Below, one piece after another: positions 42,298-60,303 of a stretch of DNA of 64,000 nt; the first letter of the stretch is position 1, and the number at the start of each line of letters is the position of its first letter. The notes under the pieces were generated by a model. It was not told the origin of the DNA and searched no databases. It saw only the letters and a list, made by a program, of their open reading frames with translations. The position numbers and the translations under genes were made by a program. The stretch is from the human T2T-CHM13v2.0 reference genome, Homo sapiens, in NCBI RefSeq assembly GCF_009914755.1, contig NC_060930.1; one strand, 5' to 3'.

Positions 42298-42750
42298 TGT
42301 ATTGCCTGGACTGGAATATAATTTCCCAGATCTCATATAGTAAGGTTACTAGATGATAAAGTCCATTCTGCTAATTAAAAGCATTCAGGCAAGATCTGGA
42401 TGATGGAAATGAAGAGATAACTATCTCTTATTGTGTTTTTCTAGCAAGCAAGATTTTGGAGACAGAAGGGTTGAAAGTTTTAACAGATGTACTATACATT
42501 CAAAATTTGGTTTTCTAGTGTGTTCACAAATGTTGGAAGGCATCTGTAGTAATAGCTGTGGCTTTTAAACTGCTAATCACCATCATGTAACTGGTTGTTA
42601 AATTCAAGATCTGTAGTAGTAGCTCTGGACTTCTACTCCTCTGATTTTACCAAATTTCTAATAAGTACCTAATTTCTTATATAAATTCTTTTTTATTTAA
42701 AATGTACCTAGAATGGTTTCTGTTCCTTTTACTAAATCATAACTGATACA
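42298..42750 (+). mobile_element. Solo ERVL/MaLR-class LTR (LTR33-like)
   Basis: Starts tgt; ends ataaattc...tagaatggtttctgttcc...actgataca. Confidence 0.55.
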
Positions 42751-44540
42751 TGTGTCTACTTCAATTCACTATAAACAGGTTGACAGCACTTTATTTATAT
42801 TGATACCCAATGATCTATTAAAATGACTGGTAACCAGCTTACACCGAGTAAATATTTGCTGAGTGATCACGACAAAAAACAGTTTAAGGCTCATGTGTAT
42901 ATAAACAAGTCACAATCACCCAGACTAGCCTAATCCCAATAACTAATTTCCATATGTTATTCTGATTGTGTTAATTATGCACTTTAACTTGGGAGAAAGA
43001 AAGTGCTATTTGCTCTGTTTCATGTCATATTCCTTGAAAGATGATCCTAGTTCCCATATGGGCTGTCCTGACTATTAATAGAAATAAGTTGGCATTCCAG
43101 AGAGAGGACCCTAATTAGAAAAAGATAAATCTCATCTAAAATTGCATTATTTTAATTCAATTGGCCATCTGTAAATAAATAGAAAAATTAAAAAAATTAA
43201 ATCACAACATGAAATATGTTTTTGATTTTAAATTTTATCATTACAAATCTCTCTACCCCTAGGAATTTATAACATTATTTATTAATCTGATGTCTTTAGA
43301 GTGCTTCCTCTACTCAAGTATTTTCAAGTGAGTGAAAAACAACATTCTAATTAACATATTTTTGTCAAAACAGCATGATTCCTTAACAAGATGTATTAAT
43401 TTATTGTAAGAAATTTATTCTATGCTTCTAAAATGCATCTTAAAGCACAGAAAAAAAAATAGCTACAATCAAAATTTCCTTAAAAGGAATAACAAAAGAA
43501 ACAAGGATAAAATTTCAATGCTATTTACTATGTTCTTTAAAAAGAGTCTCACTTATTCAAAGTGAACCACATGTTAGACTACACTGAAATGAACACATGG
43601 GCCACAACAATGTCCCTTGATTGGAAGAAAGTGAATCCTACTTTTCAGTACGTGAATTTTGGTCACACAACTTGACTCTTCAACAATCTTCAATAGCTTC
43701 TCACTGCATATAAAGTCTAAAAGCCTAGGCATGGAATTTAAAGTCTTCCATTGTCTGACCATGCCTAGCCCTCCATGCACCTTACATTCCTGTGAATAGA
43801 GAACATTCTTATTCTCCAAATAAACCCAGAGTTTTCCTTTGCCTGTGTTCTCTTTTTTCTCTCTTTGGAACGTCCTTTCCCTGTTGCTGCCTATTGAAAT
43901 TTAAAATTACTGGCTTGAATTAATCTGCTTCTCTTTTACATTTCCTCTGAACTGTTTAATCTTGGTGTATATTAACTTTTTCTTTTAATCTTTCCTTTGA
44001 AAAATTCCCAGGTTTAGAATTTCAAAGTTAAAAGGTCTGGAATAAGACCCTTGGCTTGGCTTTTAAATCTATTATCAAAAATTTTTTTAAAGTATTGAAT
44101 TGATCAATACTACAGAAAATCTTCTCAAATCATCTTCAGAATTGGGTACTATTATGTTTAGATTTTGATAATATATTGATGAATATATATTACATAATTT
44201 TTTAAGAAATTTTTTTTCATCCAAAGTTTGTTTACCCACTTTATTTCTTCTTCTTGCTTATTTTCTTCCTGGAAACTTCATGTTTTAAGTTATTAAATTT
44301 AATAAGTATACATATAAAGATGTAGATATTAACTGGTCTGTTGTTGCTGTTCCTAATATTTCTTCCACCAACCTGCTTACTGCTTTTTACAATTCAATAT
44401 TATTTTTTATTGTTCCAAAGCATTAAGTTTAATTTTTGTCTCATCTATTATTGTTTTAAACTGTTATCTTCTTTCTCTTCAAAACTCATGGGTAAACATT
44501 TACAGAATATCTACCATGTGTTAGGCAAGGTATATGTTAG

Positions 44541-44856
<316 letters not shown>

Positions 44857-46653
44857 ACAAAAATCTTAAAATATAGGCATCATTGCCACTTTGTATGTGA
44901 TGAAATGTGGCTTGAGGATGTTAAAAAGGCAGAGTGTGTGAATCAACATTAAAACACAGGTTTGCTTAGATCCAAAGTTTTTATTCTATATGAGGTTACC
45001 TCCCTTTGAAAACAGAAAAGTCATGCTCCCAAAAATGCAATTAAGCAAACAGTTGTTTTTTTTTTTTTTTACAATTTTGTTTGATTTTATTTAAAAAATA
45101 CTAATACACTTTTGACATCCTATGTGGTGGTAACTGACAGTAAAATTACTATATTAGCCTCCAAGAGGAAAATAGGTTAAGATATGGCAGGGAAAGAATA
45201 AACTCTGTGAAGATGATATTTTGCATATATTTAAAGCAAAAAACAAAAGTAAGAGAAAGAGGGCTATTAACCATCCCTGCTACTACTAAGTCTGTTATGC
45301 TATCTTTAGTTAACAGATACCATCTCGGAAGAGACGATTCTAATCTGGGCCATACTGACACCGAAGCTGCTCATGCAAAATTAAAGCAAGCTGTAATAGT
45401 AAGCATCAGATAACTAAATCAAATTGGCATTAATTCCAGTTGCCATTGATTTAGGCAAAGACTAAAGCTGAACTTATAAAAACAAGGAAATGATTGACAG
45501 ATCTACATAATAAAAAGTCAGAAAATTATACTTTAAAGCAGCTTGAGGATACGTATTACTATTGGATTCTTCCTCTTTTTATAACTTGTTCAATAGATAT
45601 TTTCAATAACTACAGACACAAGGCTTATTACGTGGTAGAAATTCTATCTAAAAGACAAACTCTTAACATCACTGATATATGTAAAAATACTGAACTCACA
45701 TCAGGGCCATAAATCAGAAACATACGGTAAAGGGATGGGTGGGAATACTCAATCCCTATGAGAACAGTTAAAGCCTGTTAAAAATTTGTCCCTAACAGAA
45801 AAATTTGATTTGATTGAGATCTCAAGTAAAACAGAATCTGAAAATTCTAACTGAAGGATTCATTTAACTTAAAATTAAAATCACAGTGAAAAACAATGGC
45901 TTAATAACGAAAATATATGCATCTTTAATTATATACTTAATTTTATAAATATAAACTGCTGCTATTCCTTGAGGTATGTTCTATTTTATAGAAAACAGTG
46001 GTTTCTTAAGACACAATCTTTGAGGGGGAGAGTATACAAGTATTAAATATGTAGGGTAAATTAAGAAAATTTTATCCATATTGTTTATTATCCTTTTGCC
46101 ATTTTAAAATTTAGTTACTAGTATATATATTTTCTAAAAATAGATTTCTATGACAGGTGAAGTTTTATCATTGTTCAGTTTCCAAAATAATTTCATACAT
46201 CATTCTATCTGTTTCTCATAGTAAATAACTAGAATAGGTATTATTTACTCCATTATTATTCCATTTGAGAGAAGAGAAAGTACGTTTCAGAAATGTTTAG
46301 ATGTCCAAGGCCACAAACCTTCTAGAGGTAAAATCACAACCAGACCTTTTTGTGAATGTGTCCTGTTGGTTTGGGCATCATTTGTACATCCTGAGATATT
46401 CCTGTGCCCAGGGAGAGCCCCAAGCTCCATTTCTGAAGGTTAAACTACTCCTGGGAGACTTTCCTTTCCTTTCCCTACATTCTTGTTTCAGTGGACAAAT
46501 CTGGAAATATAGGTAGTTTTTCCCTTGGGGGTGACTTTGATATTAAAGATCAATATTATATGAGAAGTCCTGAGGTGTAACTGTTACTACCAGAGAGAAA
46601 AGACTCATTTCAGTTGCAGCTAAGGCATAGAAATAGCCTTATTACAAGCAAAT

Positions 46654-46710
46654 GTATGTGTGCGCGCGCGTGCGCGCACACACACACTCACACACACACA
46701 CACACACACA
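46654..46710. repeat. Compound (TG)(CG)(CA) alternating purine-pyrimidine tract
   Basis: tgtatgtgtgcgcgcgcgtgcgcgcacacacacactcacacaca... Confidence 0.95.
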
Positions 46711-47344
46711 AAAGGAGGATTTTCTTAATGGAGTTTTGTTATTTACACAAATAAAAATACATTGTGTTAAATGAAACTGTAAAGAAGTGCTTTTAAAGAT
46801 CTTAGTAAGTCAGGAATTGAGGTGATTACATTAAACACTTAGGGGTAAGGCATCACTGTGGCATGGTAGGGATTTAGCCATGTAACAGAAGGCATGAGGC
46901 TAAATTTCTATGTACTGCTGTAGCAAATTTACCTTCTAATTAAATTTTAATGTTTTGGGTTCTTAATTTCCCATTTTTCAAAAACATGGGAGGAAATGTC
47001 TCCCACCATGATGATAATAGATCCCTTGAAATTGCTAGAATGTTAATACCATTTAAGTTCAAAGGCACTTCAAGAAATATGAAGGAATGTACTACTAGCA
47101 CTAGAGGAATACTCTTAAATTCTAGAGCTCTGAGAAAATATTGAGAAAGATGACCTTATCTTTTGTTATAATATGCACTGTGGAGGGTTTCACTCTTTAA
47201 AATCTCTCTTTAGGAGAAGTGAGGGATATAGTTAGGTTGAAGAAATGTTCTTCTATTTTATTTAAAAAAAAAAGACCCCATGCCCTAAGGTCTTCAGAAA
47301 GCTCCAGACTGGATTTGATCTGTTTGCTTTTGAACAAATAGAAC

Positions 47345-47540
47345 ACAGTGTAGTGAAAATGGTGGACTTTGGAGTCAGACTGGCTCAAATCATGGCCTCA
47401 CTACTTAATATGAGATTCTCTGTGAAAATTATTTACTTTCTCAGTTTTCGTTTCCTTATCTGTAAAATGGGAATAAGAATCTTAAAGGACAGCACAATGG
47501 TACAGGTCAGATGAGAAAATTAAAGTGAAACATCTATTAT
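47345..47540 (+). mobile_element. MIR fragment
   Basis: ggactttggagtcagactggctcaaatc...tttccttatctgtaaaatgggaataa. Confidence 0.75.
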
Positions 47541-49542
47541 AATGTCAGTCTCAGAGGAATAAAAGCTAAGAAAAAAAGTAATTCTGGGATACCTACTATC
47601 AGACAAATACTCTATGAAAGGCTGGGAATATAAGGGTGAGTAGGACAATGTTCTTAATAAATGTGTGTGCAATTCATTCTTCTTGAAAAAAAAAGTCTAA
47701 TAATAGTTGGATCAGGAAAAAAATCAAGTATAATAAAAATATAAAAAAGCTTATAATAAAAATGACTAGGGATTTTCAAGTCTACCCAATTGTATCAAAA
47801 CTTTCCGTTTCTCTGTTATTTTTCTTCCAGCATAGTGATCTGTGAATTAGTGCTTGGTGACATTGCCTTAAATAAACATCATTTTAAAATATCTCCATAT
47901 AAATTATTATAATATGCTCTAGAATATTTCATACTATATTTGATTTACACATATGCCATATCAAGGGATAATACCAGCAATATCATAGATTGTAAGGATT
48001 GAATGAGTTACATAAAGTAATAAAAACAATGCCTGACACCAGTGACCACTTAATAAATGTTAAGCTTTACAATAACAACAATTAAATAATAAACCGGCAT
48101 TATTTAAATTAACAATAGTTATCTGAATTGAGATGGATAAAGAAACCAGAAATCCACAAGGTGGCTCTCAAGGCTTGTCTTTTAAACAGCATAGAGTTGT
48201 TTTGTACTTCCAAAGAAATGAAACAAGACTTATGAATACCAACTTGACTTTTCAAAGACTCTCATAAATTCATGATTAATAAATAATTGGAAGGACACAA
48301 AACTGTACAATCTGTACAATAAGTGTTAGGTAATAAAAGTAAAAAAATAGAAAATGAATAAATTTTGTGTTTCTAAATTGAAAGAGACTCTGATGTTCAA
48401 AACAACTGACATCAGCTTAACATAGAATTTAAAATATCAATATAAAATAGTGAAATTTATAGTACAGTCACAATTAAATATATTTTACTAGGATAATAAA
48501 TATAAAAGGGCATAGCACAATGTCTGGCAGCTAGCAGCTGTTCAGTAACCAATCAGTTAAATCTTACGTTATATATATATATAAAATTTAAAGTTACTAT
48601 CATTTTATGCCAACAGATTTTTTATTTCATAATTTATTTTCATAGCTTTAAATCAGGAAGTCAGCATACTTTTTCTGCAAAGAAACAGAAAGTAATTTAC
48701 AGTAGCTATCACAACTACTCTATTTTTCTCCAGTAGTGCAAAAAAAGTCACACAATAAAGAAACTGGTATGTTTATGTTCTGACAAAACTTTAATTACAA
48801 AACAGACGGACATCTTTGGCCTTCGGGCCATAATCTGCCCAATCTTCATGTAAATAATTATCTGATATAGTTAAATAAAACCTGATATAAATCTTAAAAT
48901 ACTACCAATACTCAAATTACCTAGAGGAGTACTTCTTAAACTGTAATGTATACAAAATCACCTGAGGATCTAGCTAAAATGTAGATTCTGGTTTGGCGAG
49001 TCCGGGTTGGGGCCTAAAGGTCTCCCTTTTTAAAAGGATGCAGGTGACCCCAAGACCTTTTTGTCCTTTGAGCATGTGTACACTGAGTAACAAGCTGTTG
49101 ACAAACTTTTTGGCTCAGAATTCCTTTACATTGCTTAAAAAAAAAAAAAAAGCCTATTTAGGTTGTATCTGTCAATATTAACCTTAGAAATCAAAACTGA
49201 GAAATTTTTAAAAAGTATTAATTCTTTAGAAGTACAATAATAAGCCCATTAGATGTTAACATAGGATATGAAATTTAACTGCATTTTATATTTTAACTAT
49301 ATTTTAAAGAGCAGGACTAGGCACTTCAATTATAACCATATAGAAAGGAATGATAAGTGTTATGTCATAGAGTGAAACCTTTTAATAAAAGATCATTAAG
49401 TCAAGAAAAAAGTCAAGATTATAACATCATAAATCTGCAAAATTAACTTCTTGGAAATTGAGACCGTGGATCTTTCACATATAAAATACCCGGGATATGT
49501 GGCATGTTACATGCTTTAGTTCTTGTCCTCTTTGTTTCTTAC

Positions 49543-49677
49543 CTGTTTTTCTGCAAGTACATAGTCATGTCCTTGGGTAGGAAAAAAGAAGGGAATATGG
49601 CCACAATTTTTTGCTCTTTCTATTAGAGACATAGCTGTTCTTACAGTGGCATTTCGAGCATGTACAAACACCATCAC
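49543..49677 (-). CDS. ASCC3: ASCC3 coding exon (first in window, 135 nt, phase 0-0): RecA2 motif IV, N-terminal cassette
   Basis: ttttttcag|GTG ATG GTG TTT...AAA CAG|gtaag; translates VMVFVHARNATVRTAMSLIERAKNCGHIPFFFPTQGHDYVLAEKQ. Confidence 0.96.
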
Positions 49678-51012
49678 CTGAAAAAAAGGAAAGCAGTTTA
49701 TTTAATATTCCAATTAATTAAATTACAGCTTAATAGTAGCCTGGATATCATTCCATATAAACAACTATTAATTTCTCAAAACATAATCACAAATTTACGA
49801 ATTCTCCAACATATCCCTATTTTAGAACAAAGTATATATAGGAAAAAGACAAGTTAAATAAAATTTAGCTTACAAGTTGATAGAAGTTTGTGGAGTCTAT
49901 AAAATTTGGAGTTTAATTTGTATGTTTCTCTTTTGAATACATAATTCATTATCATAGTCATGTATTATAGAGACAGCATACAAAAATATTGAGAGCTTTC
50001 TCATTGGAAGATTACTACCATCAGTTAAATTTCCAGTTCCATAAAGATGTTTCAAGAAATTGAAAACAATAGAGAAAACTCTTCCTTGGACAAAATCATG
50101 TCTAAGAACAATCACTTAAAATACAAAGGTTAGGGGACTTCTGGAGATAAAAATGCTTCTGTAGAAGTACCTAGAATTCTCTGTGCAAGCCTTCCTGTGG
50201 AATTATTCATGAAGTGACTGGGGATATCTGAACTAGGGGGAAGGTGTGTGCCTGAATGCTGTGTCAAGAAGTGGGGAAAAAATGCATCTTCAGGGACAGT
50301 CACCAGGCACGTGTGAATACAACTGAAGAGAATAAGGGAGTGTTTAGCAGCCTGCCTTTGCTCCCTGTCAGTACCTGCCTTCTTTCCTCTGTAAGTTTCT
50401 TCTTTGGCCTCTACCTTACATCAGAATCAGCTCAACCCCAGCATTCCCAAAGAGCCATTAGTATGATAAAAATTATTTTCTCATATAGACTACTGCTCTT
50501 TTTCAATTTTATCTGGTGTGAATAAAAGCAACTTTACATTGTTAACAATCTGGAATATACAATCTAAAGATAGTATGTGTGGGTGCAGTAAATGACTTAA
50601 AGACAAGTTCCCCTAGCCCCTGCTTTCAACTAAATTCACACATCTAAATCTCTGGAATCACTAAGGTATTCTGCTTAGGCCTGAAGCAACTTGGATGTCC
50701 TAATCCTTGCACCTCTTCTCAATATCTCCCCTATACTCCTCTGTTAGTTACATTTTTCTGGAAGTTAAAACTTTGATGTTTTTTGCAGGCTATACATTTA
50801 GGAGGATATTCAAGAATTGTATCTAGTCAGGGAATCGATAGGCTCATGTGAGCTGACCTAAGTAAAAGAGAGGATCATTTTGAGGACTAACAGAAATGAA
50901 AAGGGGAATGAGGTCTGGGATTTGACCAGAAAGGAGACAGGGTGACACAAAGACATCTATACTTCTATAGAGGTATCTCTATATTTAAGCCATAGTAATC
51001 TTATGTCTATAA

Positions 51013-54099
<3,087 letters not shown>

Positions 54100-54259
54100 T
54101 TTGGAGTACTGCTAAATATCAGTGTGAGTTAGAATAAATTGTTTAATCTCTTCAATTCTTATTTCCCCCAGAACACAGATAAAGAGTTACAATGTATCAC
54201 AGGATTACTATAAGAATCAAAGGATACAATGTAAGGGAAAACACTGTGTTTAGTAAAAT

Positions 54260-54440
54260 GGTGGCTCTAAAATTTTAGAAAGCTTCAAAATCACCTGGCA
54301 GGCTTGTTAAAAACACAGATTGCTGCTGTTTCCCCCAATCCCCTTCCTGACTATATAGGTCTGGGGCAAGCCACGAAACTGCATTTCTAAGGAGTTCAAA
54401 GATGCTAATGTTATTGTCCAGAAACTTTGAGAACCTCTGT
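54260..54440. mobile_element. MER5A-like hAT MITE
   Basis: gtggctctaaaatttt...aatcacctggcaggcttgttaaaaacacagattgctg...actttgagaacc. Confidence 0.72.
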
Positions 54441-54710
54441 CATAGCTGGTAAGTATTAGCACCATTATTAGGTCGAATAAACATAAACAAAATTAATTTT
54501 GCCTAAAAGATTAAACAGACCAGTATACCACTGTTATACATTGACAACTATGCACTTGTTTATTACTCGTTTACATGCATATGTGCGTGTGTGTATGTGT
54601 ATTTAACATCACACAAAACAATTTAAAACACTTCCCCTTTAGCAACCTTTTTAAGGGGGTTGTGAAAGATGAACTAGGAATAAAAAAATCGGTAGGAATA
54701 TTTAATGTGA

Positions 54711-55031
<321 letters not shown>

Positions 55032-55344
55032 AAATCAAACCCTCTTTTCTAGGAATACTGCTAAGAAGTGAAGCAGAATGGATATATCTGAAAAAGATAC
55101 AACAATATGGCAGATAGATGTCCCACAGAAAAAATGTTGCTGAGAAATTTTGTTTTACATTATGTGGCACATATGGCATTGGCTCTTGCAAAAGCTGAGG
55201 CTTGGGGTAGGGAGGGTCATGTCCTGGCAGTTTATGTTTTCATTCTAGCCATCACAGCCACTTATCTGTCTTGCTCTCAGTTCTTCTCGACTTTCTTAAC
55301 CCAGGCTCTTCAAGAGAATTAAGCCCTAAAGACCTACATAAATA

Positions 55345-55495
55345 GTGATTTAAAAGTGTGTGGTTCCCTGATCAGCAGCATCAGCAGCAGCAGCAGTGTC
55401 CCTGAGTCAGAAACTCTGAGGGTGGGGCCCAGCCATTTGTTTTAACAAGCCCTCCAGGTTATTCTGATGCAAGTTAAAATAGGAGAATCCTGTAT
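55345..55495. mobile_element. MER5A-like MITE with short (CAG)n
   Basis: aaagtgtgtggttccctgatcagcagcatcagcagcagcagcag...ttaacaagccctccaggttattctgatgca. Confidence 0.72.
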
Positions 55496-56219
55496 TAAGG
55501 CATCCATCATAAGTTAAAAAAATTATTAGCTTTTCCTCTGTGCATTTACAATAGTTCTGGCAAATACCATCTTCTGAAGAAGTGGGAAAACAGTGTTGTA
55601 TGGTCTGAATGGGAATGCCACTACAGATATATTTCAGATATATTTATTTATATCCCATGACAGCATGTAGGCACAGAATAGTTTCTGCTGCTGTGATTAC
55701 ATTACCACATTTGTATTATCAGGTAGATACAATTTTAAAAGGTTTCATTGTGCATGCCGTAGATCCAAGAATCATCCATAGTTAGACACTACAAGTCACT
55801 ACAGAGTTTTTGTTTTAGATCACAGTGCGAGCCAGCTGAAGACACTCAAGTCATCTGACCACATTCTTATTCTTCTAGTACTTCCTCTATCAAATAACTT
55901 TCCATATTTAGTTATCTGACTTCTCAATAGTGAGCAAAGAGCCTGGCATACAGCAAATACTCAATGTGTCTTAAGTAAATATAACACATTGAGCCCAATC
56001 AAACACACTAGCCCATCACAGCTAATAATGGCAATTTCTGCTTTTTAAAAATAATTTTTGTCTTTTATGTATACTAAAAACATGGGGTTGTTGTGAGAAA
56101 TGAGACAATATAAACAAAGCATTTACAATAGTGTGTGGTACATAGTAAGTGATCAACAAATGTTAGCAGTTGTTTATTAGAGTATAATTTTGCTCCTTAT
56201 AATATACTGTATTAATTTT

Positions 56220-56930
56220 TTGATAGGGTAATATATTTACATAGTTCAAAATTAGAAAGTATAAAAATGTGCACAATGTCTCTACCACCCTTCCCTCTAA
56301 CCTAGTAGCCACTATGTTTCTTGTGTGTCCTTTGAGAGTTTATGCACATATTTAAACAACTACAAATTCACAATTTTAATCCCTTTTCACCATATGGTAG
56401 TAGATTATACACACTGTTTTTCCTTTTTCACTGAACCATATTATCTTGAAGATCTCACATCAGTATAGTTTTCTCATTTATATTTTACAGTTGCATAGTA
56501 TTCCATTACATAGAAACACCAAAACTTATTTATAATAACTAGTCCTTGTTTGATGGGCATTTATGTTGTTTCCAATCTTTTGTTATTAAAAGCAATGTAA
56601 TAAATACAGAGTGTATACAGAGTATAACTCTGTACACAAGTCATTTTACATGTTTGTGAATATATCTGTTGGATACATTCATAGAAGTAGAATAGTTAAG
56701 TCAAAGTATATAAGACTATTTATTGAACTATGTCCCTATTCTGAATATAATCTGTTTAATTTTGGGGCTTTATTCTTTTCTTATCAATTTGTTGGTCCTT
56801 TTTGTATATGAAAGATAGTACACTTTGCTCCTTTTTCTGTATTGTGAATATTGTGTCCTAGTCTGTGCTTTATCTTTTGATTTTTACTTTTGGTATCTCT
56901 TCAATACAGACGTAGTTCATTTTTTCTGTA
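56220..56930 (-). mobile_element. L1ME-like 3' fragment
   Basis: gcatagtattccatt...tgatgggcatttatgttgtttccaatcttttgttatta. Confidence 0.7.

Positions 56931-56936
<6 letters not shown>

Positions 56937-56992
<56 letters not shown>
56937..56992. repeat. (TC)n(AC)n compound microsatellite
   Basis: Direct reading. Confidence 0.97.
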
Positions 56993-56996
<4 letters not shown>

Positions 56997-57284
56997 CTGA
57001 TCTCACACATACACACAGAGATGTCCATAATATACTGCTAAGTGAAAAAATATCAATTGAAGAAAAATTTCCATAATATTATCCTGAGTGTGTTGTTATA
57101 TTCTATAGAGGTGTATGTGAATGTATATGTTTGAAAACAGAGATATGGACACCCTCCAAATTAGTTATCTCACAAAATGAAAACGGGATTTGGTGGGGGA
57201 TGGGGGAAACAGAATTAAAAAAACAATTTTTTCTTTGTATGTCTTGTATCGTTTGTCTTACCCATTGAAGCAAATCTTTAATAG

Positions 57285-57467
<183 letters not shown>

Positions 57468-59978
57468 TAAATATATAAATTATTTTGAACCGGAGAAATA
57501 ATTGATAACAATGAGGTTATAATAATATATTCATAATATACTATGGTAATAAGATAGTATATTTGCTATGGTTATTTTACTGCTATGGGTTTTATGGTAA
57601 AAAGCCTAAAAAAACACATATTTAGCAATGCACTTAAAAGGGTGATGATAAAACTTGTGGTCTAAGTGATGAATTTATATTTTAGTTTACCTGGAAATGC
57701 TTTAGGAAGAAAAAAGAGACATGACCTAGCAGAAGAAATCAACAGCAGTTCAAGGGAAAGTATCCATATGTTCAAACAGAGAAGAGAGCAAATTCATATG
57801 GCGGTCAATACAGACTTTTTGTAGAAATGGACATGTGGACAAAAATAATACCACCTGAAAAGGTAAAACATAACCTCATAAAAAATTATATACTAAGATA
57901 AAGGAAATCATTCATTTCAAGGCTCAGAAAAAAAAAAACCTGATACTACTAAAAGAAATACCTGAAAAATTATTTTTAAGTTAGAGAAGTATTTTAAACT
58001 TAACAGAGAAAGGCCATCATGGTTTAAAACAATATTGATTTTAATAAAGGAATACATATCACATGGTCAAAAAATATGGCTTGAAGAAATATTTTTAAAA
58101 AGTACGCAAACCATGGAAAACACCTAAAGACAATCTTGGAATTGTAATTGATAGGACAGAAGACAGGATAATTTTAAAGTGGTGGAGTTATTAAAAAAAA
58201 AAAACAACAACAGGAACTCTTGATTCTTTTATTAAAAATGAAGGTGAGCAAGAAAGCATTTAGATATGTATATCTGAGTAAACTGAGTATAAATATTTGA
58301 GATAGATCTTATGAAAAAATCTAAGATTTAAACATTTTAAAATATAGTTTTGTGGCTACTGAATTACTTGAAAAGTTTATACATTTTTCATAAAATTTCA
58401 TTTAAGAAATAAAATAGAAACTCTCATACCTACGTGGAAGAGATGAACATTACTATTACGATTAAGTAGTTTTTCCTGGCTGCTTCCAGATACAAGTGCT
58501 GTGATGCCTTATCCTTTTGGGCATCCAAATAATTCAGATGCGTCTCTCTTAAGTGTTTATCACTGCCTATCTTTTATTTTTGACTATTTTTGTGCTTGAC
58601 TTAGCTCCTCTGCTAGTCTGTGATCATCCAACAATTACGTGACAGGCACTGCGGACATATAACGGGCTCGCCTAGCACTGGTCCCTGTGCTTCTGGAGCT
58701 TATATCTAATTATATGGTAAAGGATTGGAGTCTAGGAAGATGATGAACACAGAAGCCACCATTCATTACATGAACAACTATAGGAGGAAGTAACCAAAAA
58801 TCAATAAATACAATAATGTAGAAATTAACTAGGATCCTCCCTCTCAAAGATGACAAAGTACTTGATTTTAAAGGTCATAACACTCTAAAGTTCTTCATTA
58901 TTGGCCCTTTGGGTGTTATCTCTCTGAACTCTTCCTGTTGTTTAAAACCTTCATGCATTTGTATATTTCCAGGACGTTAGCCATGTTTTTCACTTAGTCC
59001 TCCTGCTGACTGCATCTGTGTAAATTCTATAAACCTACAAAGCCCAGTTCTAGTGATCCTTCTCCAATCTCGCCAGGGAAAATTAATCACTCCCATCACA
59101 CGTTGTTCATACTTGCACTCTGTGTAATCATAAGCTTACATAGCTCACCCCAATGTTAAGACTAATCATAAAAGACACCATTTATTGGGTCATACTACGT
59201 GCTAGGTCCATTACTAGGTACAATACACGTTATCTTACTGTTAACCACATAGCGAGGTAGGTAATTGTATTAGTATTTTACAGAAGAGAAAACTAAAGCT
59301 CAGACCATTTTAATAATTTGCCACTCATTCAGAAGAATAGGGAGTTCATCTCAGATTTGCCATTTCAAAGCCTACTTTCTTTCCATCAAGTTATATCTCT
59401 TCCTTGAATGCTGCCTGAGGGCAGAGCTTACATTTTGCTAATTTTGAGGTCTACCTACTACCCTTCCTGCTATCATCCAATCAGTGGATGCTCAATAAAT
59501 ATTGCTGAAATTACAATGTTAAAAATGGTCAGTTTTCACAAAGACCACATATTTTTCAGCAGAGATTTGAATTTAAAAGTTTATAAATTATAATAGCTTG
59601 TAGGCTGAGTTAATACTTTCCATTCACACCTTTATTAAAATATGAGGTAACAAGCAAACTTCCAATTACTCAACCAAATAATTTTCATGGATAGTTTTAT
59701 TTAAATTTAACAGCAGACCTCCCATTGCTATTTATTTAATCAGTTAAAGTTGCTGCTGATTAGTTTTTTGATAGTGTTATAGAAATACATGTATGCGTAT
59801 TTTAGTGCTATTAAAAGGTGTAAAATATGTGATTTAAGAAATAAATTACTTATAAGCTATTCTGAAAGATTAGCTTATAAGAAAAAAAGATATAAAAATT
59901 CTGGACTTTAAGGTCAAAATTGGCTTCTAAATCTAAGCTACCTACATTAAAAATTAATCAAATGTATTAACCAAAATA

Positions 59979-60303
59979 CAGTCTTCCCTTGGTATCCATG
60001 GGAGACTGGTTTCAGAACCCCTTGTGGATACCAAATGCTTAAGACCCTTATATAAAATGGTGTAGTATTTGCATTTAACCTATGCACATCCTTCTGTATA
60101 CTTTATATCATATCTTGATAATACCTAATACAATGTAAATGCTTTGTAGATTGTTATTATACTGTATTGTTTAGGGGATAATGACAAGAAAAAAAGTCTA
60201 CGTGTCCAGTACAGATGCAACCATTCTTTTTTTCCTCAAATATTTTCCATGTGAAGTTGTTGAATCCACAAATGTAGAACCCATGAATATGGAGAGCCAA
60301 CTG
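59979..60303 (+). mobile_element. MER2 element
   Basis: TA-cagtcttcccttggtatccatggg ... ggagagccaactg-TA. Confidence 0.88.

Noticed and set aside
55372-55396. (CAG)n as a disease-type repeat
   Set aside because: Short, interrupted, intronic and derived from the MER5A cagcagcatcagc motif.
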